Below, piece by piece: positions 18,062 through 25,897 of a stretch of 64,000 bases of DNA. A program made the translations under genes and the position numbers. The first letter of the stretch is position 1. The number at the start of each line of letters is the position of its first letter. The stretch covers positions 83,861-147,860 of the forward strand of contig CALKCX010000003.1 in NCBI GenBank assembly GCA_938083015.1. The letters are read 5' to 3'. The notes under the pieces were generated by a model that saw nothing but the letters and a program-made list of their open reading frames with translations, was not told the DNA's origin and searched no databases. Source of the stretch: an uncultured Candidatus Micrarchaeota archaeon (GTDB lineage Archaea; Micrarchaeota; Micrarchaeia; Anstonellales; J096).

Positions 18062-18655
18062 ATGTTATTCGGAAGATGGAGTATGGAAGTTGAAATCAAA
18101 GATAGAAGTCTAAAAGGAGTAATAGATCTTAGAGACGTGTTTCCACATACACATGGTAGACATGCAAACAAGTATATGGGCAAAATAAAGGTAAACATAG
18201 TAGAAAGACTTGCTAATAAACTTATGAGAGGAGGTACAGGAGAAAAGATAAGTGGTAAAGTAATTAGAACTCATGGAAGATTACAAGGTAAAAAATATAC
18301 TGTGTTGAAAATAATATATAAGGCATTTGAAATTATTGAAAATAAAGAAAAAACAAATCCTGTTGAGATGTTAATAAGAGCTATTGAAAATGCTGCACCT
18401 AGAGAAGATATAACTAAGATGGAAATAGCTGGTGTAAGATATCAATTGGCCGTCGATATATCATCTATTAGAAGAGTTGATGTTGCTCTTAGAAATCTAG
18501 TATTGGCAACTATATTAAAACATTGGAGTACAAAGAAACCTATGCATGAAATACTTGCAGAAGAAATCATATTAGCTGCAAAGAATGATGTTACAAATAG
18601 TTATGCTTTGAAGAAAAAGGATGAAATTGAAAGAATAGCTCAATCAGCAAGGTAA
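18062..18655 (+). CDS. rps7: 30S ribosomal protein uS7
   Basis: 197 aa, immediately after rps12 in the conserved S12-S7 order. The pattern ...AIENAAPREDITKMEIAGVRYQLAVDISSIRR is S7-like. Confidence 0.9.
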   Translation: MLFGRWSMEVEIKDRSLKGVIDLRDVFPHTHGRHANKYMGKIKVNIVERLANKLMRGGTGEKISGKVIRTHGRLQGKKYTVLKIIYKAFEIIENKEKTNPVEMLIRAIENAAPREDITKMEIAGVRYQLAVDISSIRRVDVALRNLVLATILKHWSTKKPMHEILAEEIILAAKNDVTNSYALKKKDEIERIAQSAR

Positions 18656-18656
18656 T

Positions 18657-18755
18657 TGCAGGGGGTGGGATTTGAACCCACGCAGCCACAATGGCACCAG
18701 ATATCTCCGCTCTCTCTTGAGTCTGGCCCGTTTGACCAGGCTCCGGCACCCCTGC
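18657..18755 (-). tRNA. tRNA-Leu(CAA) with a 13-nt intron after position 37
   Basis: Cloverleaf folded by hand. Acceptor GCAGGGG/CCCCTGC, anticodon stem CCAGA/TCTGG, loop CT-CAA-G, intron about 18703-18715, long variable arm, T-arm GTGGG-TTCAAAT-CCCAC, discriminator A, no encoded CCA. Confidence 0.85.
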
Positions 18756-18777
18756 TAATCTTAAATTTAACAAAAGT

Positions 18778-18783
18778 TTTAAA
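18778..18783. promoter_or_regulatory. TTTAAA box for tRNA-Leu(CAA), possibly also tfb
   Basis: Centre is 25.5 nt upstream of tRNA position +1 (18755, minus strand) and 37.5 nt from the tfb ATG, which has AAGGTG upstream. Confidence 0.6.
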
Positions 18784-18817
18784 TATCCATATCATAAATA
18801 TTTAAAAAGGTGTTGTT

Positions 18818-19765
18818 ATGACTGATCAGAAACAAGATAAGAGAAGAAATGTTGATGAAGAATCTTTGGTATGTCCTGAATGCGGAAGTACTGATATTGT
18901 AGTTGATCCTGAAACCAATGAATTAGTATGTAGAAATTGTGGTTATGTGATACATGAAGAATTAACTGATTATGGTCCTGAATGGAGAGCTTTTGATCCT
19001 GAACAAAGAACAAGAAGAGCAAGAACAGGTGGACCTTTATCGATAATGAAACCTAACAAAGGATTGACAACAGAAATTGATAGCTCAAATAAAGATAGTC
19101 GAGGTGGTAAGATATCGGCAAAACATCAGAATACTTTAAATAGAATGAGAAAATGGCACAGAAGAATAAGTATGGCCTCGTCTTATGAGAAGAATATGGC
19201 AATGGCTTTACAAGAATTAGAAAAGATGATAGATAGATTACAATTACCTAAGAAGATCGCAGATGAAGCCGCTTACATATATAAGCAGGCCGTAAAGAAG
19301 CAATTAATTCGAGGTAGATTGATTGAAAGTGTAGTAGCTGCAATTATATACGCTGTGTGTAGAATGAATAATATTCCTAAGACACTTGAAGATATAGCTA
19401 ATTTCTCTAATGCAGATAAGAAAGATATAGGTAGAGCTTATAGATTTATAAAAAGAGAATTAGGGTTAAAAATACCTTTGACTACTGCAGAAATATACGT
19501 ACCTAGATTTGCATCTGCATTAGGCCTAGGAGTAGAGGTTCAAGAAAGGGCAAAGGAAATAATTAGAAAGGCCATGGAAAGTTCTATATTATCTGGAAGA
19601 GGGCCTACAGGTATAGCAGCTGCAGCATTATATATAGCAGCTATAGAAAAAGGAGAGAAGAGAACGCAAAAACAAGTTGCTGAACAAGCAGGAGTTACAG
19701 AAGTTACAATAAGAAATAGATATAGAGAATTAAAAGAATTGTTAGGTTTAAATATAGAAGAGTGA
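18818..19765 (+). CDS. tfb: Transcription initiation factor B (TFB/TFIIB)
   Basis: 315 aa. N-terminal zinc ribbon CPECGS...CRNCG, B-reader/linker and two cyclin-fold repeats (e.g. RGRLIESVVAAIIYAVCR, SGRGPTGIAAAALYIA). Confidence 0.95.
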   Translation: MTDQKQDKRRNVDEESLVCPECGSTDIVVDPETNELVCRNCGYVIHEELTDYGPEWRAFDPEQRTRRARTGGPLSIMKPNKGLTTEIDSSNKDSRGGKISAKHQNTLNRMRKWHRRISMASSYEKNMAMALQELEKMIDRLQLPKKIADEAAYIYKQAVKKQLIRGRLIESVVAAIIYAVCRMNNIPKTLEDIANFSNADKKDIGRAYRFIKRELGLKIPLTTAEIYVPRFASALGLGVEVQERAKEIIRKAMESSILSGRGPTGIAAAALYIAAIEKGEKRTQKQVAEQAGVTEVTIRNRYRELKELLGLNIEE

Positions 19766-19766
19766 A

Positions 19767-19852
19767 TGCAGGGGGTGGGATTTGAACCCACGAACCCACA
19801 ATGGGACCAGGTCCTAAACCTGGCGCCTTTGACCAGACTTGGCGACCCCTGC
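19767..19852 (-). tRNA. tRNA-Leu(UAG)
   Basis: Hand-folded. Acceptor GCAGGGG, anticodon stem CCAGG/CCTGG with loop TT-TAG-GA, long variable arm, T-arm GTGGG-TTCAAAT-CCCAC, discriminator A, no CCA. Confidence 0.85.
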
Positions 19853-19874
19853 TCTATTATTTTTAATATACAAC

Positions 19875-19880
19875 TTTAAA
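19875..19880. promoter_or_regulatory. Shared TTTAAA box for tRNA-Leu(UAG) and uppS
   Basis: Centre is 25.5 nt upstream of tRNA +1 (19852, minus) and 28.5 nt upstream of the uppS ATG (19906, plus). Confidence 0.6.
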
Positions 19881-19905
19881 AAAGTATTATCAATATCTAA
19901 TTAGT

Positions 19906-20583
19906 ATGCATGTAGCTATAATTCCAGATGGTAATAGAAGATGGGCCAGGAAAAACAATCTATCTTTAGAAGATGGATATGAAAAAGGAATATTGAAATT
20001 TGCCGAATTTATCAAATGGTCAATTGAATTAGGTGTAAACGAGGTTACAGCATGGGGAATGAGTTATGATAATTACAAAAATAGAAGTATAGAGGTATGG
20101 AATAGTATAAAGAGAATATTGTTAAAATACTATGAAAAATATAAAGATGAAGATGTGTTTCAAAAATATCCTGAGATAAAAGATATAAACTTAAAGCTTT
20201 ACGGGTTTTTCGATGATTTAAATGAGGAAGATAGGGAAAAAATAGAGCTTATTAATAGTAAATTGAATGGCAATAAGTATAAAATTAATATATTAATACT
20301 ATACAATGGTAGAATAGAGATGTTATACGTAATCAATAAATTAATTAAAAGTAATATGACAGAAGTAACTTTAGAACAATTGTATAATAATCTTCTTGTT
20401 AACTCATTTCCTGATATAGTAATAAGAACTGGTGGGCATATAAGAACTTCTGGATTCATGCCTATTCAAACAGAGTATTCAGAATGGTTCTTCTTAGATA
20501 AGCTATGGCCAGAATTTACTAAAGAAGACTATGAAGGTATACTTGAACAATTTAAACGAAGAGAGAGAAATTTTGGAAAATGA
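19906..20583 (+). CDS. uppS: Undecaprenyl/di-trans,poly-cis-prenyl diphosphate synthase (cis-prenyltransferase)
   Basis: 225 aa. N-terminal HVAIIPDGNRRWA motif and IRTGG...SGF block. Confidence 0.9.
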   Translation: MHVAIIPDGNRRWARKNNLSLEDGYEKGILKFAEFIKWSIELGVNEVTAWGMSYDNYKNRSIEVWNSIKRILLKYYEKYKDEDVFQKYPEIKDINLKLYGFFDDLNEEDREKIELINSKLNGNKYKINILILYNGRIEMLYVINKLIKSNMTEVTLEQLYNNLLVNSFPDIVIRTGGHIRTSGFMPIQTEYSEWFFLDKLWPEFTKEDYEGILEQFKRRERNFGK

Positions 20584-21353
20584 AGATAGAAATCGATACA
20601 AAATTGTCTGCTTATGAAAACGCTATTAGATATTTCAATATTGCTAAAGAGCTAAAAAAGAAATTAGAAGGTATGAAAAACGCCTTAACAGAGCTTGATA
20701 AAAAAATAGAAGCTGAAAGAGAGAGATTGAAAAAAGAGGCAGAGATACTTGAAAGTCAAAAGAGAATACTAGTTGAAAAACAATGGTACGAAAGATTTAA
20801 TTGGAGTTTTACATCAACAGGCAAATTGGTATTAATAGGAAGAGATGAGAAACAGAATGAAATATTGGTAAGAAATCATCTTGATCAAAATGACCTATTC
20901 TTTCATGCTAATATAAAAGGAGCAGCTACAGTTATATTAAAAGACGGCAAAGATTCCAATATCTATGAGAAATTAGAAGTAGCTCAATTAGCAGCTAGTT
21001 ATAGTAGAGGATGGAAAGAAAGTATTAGTTATCTAGATGTATATTCTGTAAATAAAGATCAAGTTACTAAAAGCAGTATGGAAGGTTCTCTAGGTACAGG
21101 GGGCTTTCTAATAATTGGAGAAAGAGAATGGTATAAAAATACACCATTAGTATTGAAGATTGGTTTAGATAAAGATAGGTTAATGATAGTCTCTGAATAT
21201 TATAAACGTGATTTAGATAAACCCATATTGTTATCGCCGGGTAATAAATTTAGTAAAGGAGAATTAGCTAAGAGATTATCGAAATATTATAATATTCATC
21301 CTGATGAATTTCTCATGAGATTACCAGCAGGTAGTTATACGATTAGATCTTGA
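20580..21353 (+). CDS. NFACT-R (DUF814) domain protein; short Rqc2/NEMF-like protein lacking the NFACT-N half
   Basis: 257 aa. A coiled-coil N-terminus followed by WYERFNWSFTSTGKLVLIGRDEKQNE...FFHANIKGAATVILK...QLAASYSRGW, the NFACT-R pattern. Confidence 0.8.
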   Translation: MKIEIDTKLSAYENAIRYFNIAKELKKKLEGMKNALTELDKKIEAERERLKKEAEILESQKRILVEKQWYERFNWSFTSTGKLVLIGRDEKQNEILVRNHLDQNDLFFHANIKGAATVILKDGKDSNIYEKLEVAQLAASYSRGWKESISYLDVYSVNKDQVTKSSMEGSLGTGGFLIIGEREWYKNTPLVLKIGLDKDRLMIVSEYYKRDLDKPILLSPGNKFSKGELAKRLSKYYNIHPDEFLMRLPAGSYTIRS

Positions 21354-22524
21354 GCATTTTCTCTCTCCAATATTCTATTTCTAACATATCTTTAAATTCT
21401 ACTAGATCATAACCTAATTTAGATAGTTTAAATCCTTTTGTAGGGTATTTTTTAAAGAACTCTTCAGTAAGTTGTTCAATACTATTTACATATTTTCTAA
21501 CTACGTATAATTTATCTTCTCTAATATACCCTTGTACATCTTTATCTAAATCTACCTTTGGGCCTGGTTGTAATTCTACGTATTTAATATTTGACATAAG
21601 AGGTATTCCTCCAATATACCCGAGATTATTCTTTATTAGTACATGAACATATTCGATAAAAATCCTATTTCTAGCTAAATAATCTCGCCATGCTCTCCCT
21701 ATTCTTCTCAATATTCCATAGGCCTTATCCTCAAGATCATAATCATGTTCAAATATTATTCCAAATTCTCCTTGTCTATTCAATCGCCCTATTTCAAAAT
21801 ATTCTTTACTTGGTTGTTTGAGAAATGCCCTTGCATACAATATAAATCGAGATAGATTGTCTAAAGATACTGCTGCAGCTACATTTCTTGTACCATCTGT
21901 CGGATCGATTACTATTAATTTCTCTTCAAATTCTCTTGACTTTATTCCTTCTATATCTATAATTACGGGCAATTTCCATTTTGATACTTTTTTAAGAAGA
22001 TCTATAAAGTTGTTTCCATAGATAATAAGTAATTCTGTAAGATAACCAGAAAATCCGTTTACGCGATTATCTGCCCCATATAAACCGAGAGTTTTTAGAA
22101 ATAGCTTCAATAATCTTATTTCATCTTTAGTATTTTCATCGGATATCTTAGATATTATATATCTGTAATGTAAAGGCGTTCTATCTACTGCACTGTGATA
22201 ATTTTTTGAAATCGGTACTAAATCGATATTATAATTATCATACCTAATCTTAATATAAGGATGTTCTGAGTATTTGACAATATATTTTATATTTAATTCT
22301 TCCAATCTATTTTTCAATATTTGAAACCCATGATATTTATCGGTTTCTGTTTCATAAAACACATCTAAATCATAATCATCTCTAAGATTTGTACCTTTAG
22401 CTACAGAACCGTATAATTTAAGATCTAGACCTAGCTTATCTTTTAAATCTTGAAATATCTGAATAGCTTTTGAATTATCTGGTCTAATCTTCTGTTTAAG
22501 ATCTAGCAAAAATTCTAGCCCCAT
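21343..22524 (-). CDS. cca: CCA-adding tRNA nucleotidyltransferase (archaeal class I)
   Basis: 393 aa. YGSVAKGTNLRDDYDLDVF catalytic motif. Size is typical of the archaeal CCA enzyme. Confidence 0.85.
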   Translation of the reverse strand: MGLEFLLDLKQKIRPDNSKAIQIFQDLKDKLGLDLKLYGSVAKGTNLRDDYDLDVFYETETDKYHGFQILKNRLEELNIKYIVKYSEHPYIKIRYDNYNIDLVPISKNYHSAVDRTPLHYRYIISKISDENTKDEIRLLKLFLKTLGLYGADNRVNGFSGYLTELLIIYGNNFIDLLKKVSKWKLPVIIDIEGIKSREFEEKLIVIDPTDGTRNVAAAVSLDNLSRFILYARAFLKQPSKEYFEIGRLNRQGEFGIIFEHDYDLEDKAYGILRRIGRAWRDYLARNRIFIEYVHVLIKNNLGYIGGIPLMSNIKYVELQPGPKVDLDKDVQGYIREDKLYVVRKYVNSIEQLTEEFFKKYPTKGFKLSKLGYDLVEFKDMLEIEYWREKMLKI

Positions 22525-23135
22525 GCTTCTAGATGTAATCTTTTAGGTTTTACTTCTTTGCTTATAGATAAGGCAAATTCTTTATTACCGCATACATACA
22601 TGTCTATGTCTTTGTATGGTATTAATTCCTCCATACTTATCCTATTATCTCCTTCTTTTGTATATCTAATATCAAGTTTAAGTCCTAATCTTTCATATAA
22701 TCTAAGTTCAGATTCAAATATGTTTTCTTCTCTGTATTTAAAGCTAGAAAATAGATAAAATTCTCCATCTATTTTATTAGAATAAATATGCCTAAGAATA
22801 CTAATAATTGGAGTTATACCTGAACCTGTAGATACAAACACGACTTTATTTTGATTTTCATATAAGAATCTGCCATAAGGTCCTTTGACCAATACTTCTT
22901 GATTTTTAATATCGTCTAATTTAGATGTGAACATTCCGTCGATTTTAGTTATAAACAATTCTATATATGGGAAGCTTGGAATAGAAGCTATTGAATAAGA
23001 TCTTTCAATGTTTTGATACACGATATTTATGAATTGTCCTGGTTTATAATCTAAATTCTTATCAATAGGATATAGTCTTAATAGATAATTTCGCCCCCCT
23101 ATTAGAATAGAATTTACTTTATATCTAAATTCCAT
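22515..23135 (-). CDS. Ferredoxin-NADP reductase-like FAD/NAD(P)-binding oxidoreductase
   Basis: 206 aa. RSYSIAS (RxYS FAD motif) and VFVSTGSGITP (NAD(P) motif). Promoter box is 24.5 nt upstream. Confidence 0.7.
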   Translation of the reverse strand: MEFRYKVNSILIGGRNYLLRLYPIDKNLDYKPGQFINIVYQNIERSYSIASIPSFPYIELFITKIDGMFTSKLDDIKNQEVLVKGPYGRFLYENQNKVVFVSTGSGITPIISILRHIYSNKIDGEFYLFSSFKYREENIFESELRLYERLGLKLDIRYTKEGDNRISMEELIPYKDIDMYVCGNKEFALSISKEVKPKRLHLEAWG

Positions 23136-23156
23136 ATTAACTATATAGGAGGTTAG

Positions 23157-23162
23157 TTTAAA
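23157..23162 (-). promoter_or_regulatory. TTTAAA box for the FNR-like/cca operon
   Basis: Centre is 24.5 nt upstream of the ATG at 23135. Confidence 0.5.
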
Positions 23163-23166
23163 TATG

Positions 23167-23670
23167 TTATTTCAATATTTTCTCTTTTAGATTTTCTATA
23201 GTTTCTATAGTTAAAAGTTTTAAATCTGAACCACATCTTGGACATTTAAATTGATAATCTAATGAATCTTCATAGCTATAATATACAATACCTTCTATAG
23301 AACAAGATGGACAATAATACAGTTCTTCTCCGTATTCTAATTTACTAATCAATTGACTAAACATCCCGTATACATTTTCTTGTATATATTCGACCAATGC
23401 ATCAAAATCTATACGCCAATAATATGTAATGTAACCAGTTTCATCTGTAATCTTCTTACAAACAATTACCTTTGCATCTTGCATTCTTATCAAGCTTTTT
23501 TGTAAAGATTTGTAAAAAATTCCAGTATCTTGAGCTATTTGTTCTTCTGATACAAAATCCTTATCTTTAAGATAACCTATTAAAACGATACTATCTTCAC
23601 CGAACTTATCTATGAGTAATCTTCTAACTATGTTTAAACCAAGATAGTTTTCTGTAATTTTATCATTCAT
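23167..23670 (-). CDS. tfe: Transcription factor E alpha (TFE/TFIIE-alpha-like), paralog 2
   Basis: 167 aa. Winged-helix region (EEQIAQDTGIFYKSLQKSLIRM...YYWRIDF) followed by a zinc ribbon YYCPSC...KCPRCGS. Confidence 0.75.
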   Translation of the reverse strand: MNDKITENYLGLNIVRRLLIDKFGEDSIVLIGYLKDKDFVSEEQIAQDTGIFYKSLQKSLIRMQDAKVIVCKKITDETGYITYYWRIDFDALVEYIQENVYGMFSQLISKLEYGEELYYCPSCSIEGIVYYSYEDSLDYQFKCPRCGSDLKLLTIETIENLKEKILK

Positions 23671-24175
23671 ATTTTATTATACTTTCTTTATCTAAAGACT
23701 GTAATTGACTACCACATTCTGAACATCTAAATCCAAGATCAACAGCTTGATCAAAATCATATATTTTTATATCAAATCTACTAGAGCAATGAGGGCAATA
23801 ATATAATTCTTCATGTTCAATTCTTAATCTTAAATCCTCAATCTTACCAAACGTCTTATTTTTAATCCAATCTATAAGATCTTCTATACTAAGATTCCAA
23901 TAAAAGTTATACCAATTAGAGTTATTAGTACTTTCCTTTCGATACATCATGATTTTTTCATCGTACATTTTGTTTAAAACTTCTCTTACCTCTTTATTAC
24001 TTATCTGTAATGTTTTTGCAATTTCATCTTCTTTAAATTCCATTAAATTATTTTCAGTAACATATTTTATAACGGCCAATGCATTATTTCCAAGATTATC
24101 TATAATTATTTTTCTTATATCAGGGTCTTCAAGATACTTATTCAATGTATTTTTAGAATCAGAAAACCAATCCAT
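23663..24175 (-). CDS. tfe: Transcription factor E alpha (TFE/TFIIE-alpha-like), paralog 1
   Basis: 170 aa. Winged helix (EDEIAKTLQISNKEVREVLNKM...FYWNLS) followed by a zinc ribbon YYCPHC...RCSECGS. Overlaps paralog 2 by 8 nt. Confidence 0.75.
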   Translation of the reverse strand: MDWFSDSKNTLNKYLEDPDIRKIIIDNLGNNALAVIKYVTENNLMEFKEDEIAKTLQISNKEVREVLNKMYDEKIMMYRKESTNNSNWYNFYWNLSIEDLIDWIKNKTFGKIEDLRLRIEHEELYYCPHCSSRFDIKIYDFDQAVDLGFRCSECGSQLQSLDKESIIKYE

Positions 24176-24196
24176 AAATTATATTAAGATAAACTA

Positions 24197-24202
24197 TTTA
24201 AA
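24197..24202. promoter_or_regulatory. Single shared TTTAAA box for the divergent tfe operon and the ACT/pilus-ATPase operon
   Basis: Centre is 24.5 nt from the ATG at 24175 (-) and 25.5 nt from the ATG at 24225 (+), within a 49-bp intergenic region. Confidence 0.6.
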
Positions 24203-24224
24203 AATACAAACGTTTTATATAATT

Positions 24225-24626
24225 ATGAAAGAGATTAAGATTATTGAAAAATATAGGCCTCTTCTCATTTTAGATATTGCCTCTGTTATGGCCGATAATA
24301 ACATAAATATCGTGAATATTAATACGTATAACATAGGAGATATCGTGGTAATATCTATGTTATTTCAAGACAATGATTATAACAAGGCCTTTAGATTAGC
24401 TAAATCTCGATGGAATGTAGTTACAGATCCAAATATAATTATTGTAGAATTAGAAGATAAACCTGGACAATTGGCAAGATTGGCCAAATTATTATCAGAC
24501 AATAACATAGAATTGAAAAGTACTAATGTTGTGAATAAAATAGGAAATAAGACCTATGTGATGATAATGACTTCTGATAATGAAGCAGCTAAAACAGTAT
24601 TGCAAAGAGACTTTAACGTCTCATGA
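24225..24626 (+). CDS. Tandem ACT-domain protein (paralog of 8577-8996)
   Basis: 133 aa from the ATG at 24225. The track ORF from 23949 is an antisense extension into tfe. Repeat VELEDKPGQLARLAKLLSDNNIEL. Confidence 0.7.
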   Translation: MKEIKIIEKYRPLLILDIASVMADNNINIVNINTYNIGDIVVISMLFQDNDYNKAFRLAKSRWNVVTDPNIIIVELEDKPGQLARLAKLLSDNNIELKSTNVVNKIGNKTYVMIMTSDNEAAKTVLQRDFNVS

Positions 24627-25897
24627 TATCTGGATGGGTTGTATTTGAAGATGGAGATATAAAAATAGATACGATAAGATTGTCTAAAGATGAACTTAAA
24701 TTTGTTGAAGCTTTTTTAAACGAACTTTCTTTAAGAGAAGCAATAGATAAATCTAGAATAGAAATTCTATTAGATGACTTTAGTTCAAAATATAAAATAA
24801 TATTGAAAGCACATCAAAGAGAAAAAATATTAAAGACAATAGATAAATTCTATTTTGGTCTAGGTTATTTAGAAGATTTAATGAATCTAGATAGTGTAGA
24901 AGAAATAGCTGTTATAGGTCTAAACAAACCTATATATGTATATAAAGAAGGATGGCGATCTACTAATATTGGTATATCAAATAGAGACTATTTTATAGAT
25001 ATTGTAAATAAACTATCTTATAAATCTAATAGAAGAATAACTCTTAAAAATCCAAGATTAAATGCAAGTCTAGAGAATTATAGATTACACGCTACAATAG
25101 AACCGATTTCTGAATCAGAATTAACTATTAGGATGTTTAGAAAAAGCAGATTAAGCTATAAAAACTTTATAGATAAAAAAGTATATCCTGTCGAATTATT
25201 AAGTTATTTGGCAATGTTCATGTTTACAGATTCAAATATAGTAGTAGCTGGTAACACTGGTTCGGGCAAAACCAGTTTTCTTAATGTATTGTTATCATTC
25301 ATACCTTATAAAGATAGAATATTAATAATAGAAGAAACTCCTGAAATAGACATTGATCATCCACATAAGGTAAGATTAGTTGAAAATTTAGAATTAGGAG
25401 TTACATTAAGAGATTTAGTATACGATTCATTACGTATGAGAAGCGATAGAAGTGTAATTGGAGAAATTAGAAAACCAGAAGAAGTATTAGCTTTTATAGA
25501 TATCATGCTTTCAGGTCAGTCTAGAGGAAATTATACGACAATGCATGCTCATTCTTGTAAAGAATTGATAAATAGATTAATAACATACGGTGTTTCTAAG
25601 AATGATATAGAATCTATAGATCTTGTAATAATACAAAGACGTATATTAAATGACGATTTAACAGAAATTAGAAGAGCTACTGAAGTAGTATATGTACCAG
25701 AAAATACATTGTTATATATCAATGGAAAATTAGATCATCAAAGCTTTATAAGAATATTAGCTGATAGAATGTTTAAGGATGAAGATTATGTTAGAGCAAG
25801 ATACGGATTGATTAAAGATCATTTGATGACAAGTAATGGTGACGCTAAAGAGTTATTTTATAAATACCAAAAAGAGATATATGGATATAATATATAA
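24623..25897 (+). CDS. Type II/IV secretion-family ATPase (FlaI/PilB/VirB11-like) for a type IV pilus-like system
   Basis: 424 aa. Walker A GNTGSGKTSFLN, Walker B RILIIEETPEI, and SLRMRSDRSVIGEIR and TTMHAHS boxes. Confidence 0.85.
   Translation: MISGWVVFEDGDIKIDTIRLSKDELKFVEAFLNELSLREAIDKSRIEILLDDFSSKYKIILKAHQREKILKTIDKFYFGLGYLEDLMNLDSVEEIAVIGLNKPIYVYKEGWRSTNIGISNRDYFIDIVNKLSYKSNRRITLKNPRLNASLENYRLHATIEPISESELTIRMFRKSRLSYKNFIDKKVYPVELLSYLAMFMFTDSNIVVAGNTGSGKTSFLNVLLSFIPYKDRILIIEETPEIDIDHPHKVRLVENLELGVTLRDLVYDSLRMRSDRSVIGEIRKPEEVLAFIDIMLSGQSRGNYTTMHAHSCKELINRLITYGVSKNDIESIDLVIIQRRILNDDLTEIRRATEVVYVPENTLLYINGKLDHQSFIRILADRMFKDEDYVRARYGLIKDHLMTSNGDAKELFYKYQKEIYGYNI

Noticed and set aside
18591-19791. 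ORFs overlapping the tRNA-Leu genes or antisense to tfb: 18591-18773, 18816-19022 and 19540-19791.
   Set aside because: They run through the tRNA genes or antisense to tfb. The tRNA cloverleaves and the TFB motifs explain the sequence better.
23949-24224. The 5' extension of the ACT-domain ORF (track start 23949).
   Set aside because: The extension is antisense to the TFE paralog and is hydrophobic junk. The ATG at 24225 sits 25.5 nt from the shared TTTAAA box and gives a complete two-ACT protein.
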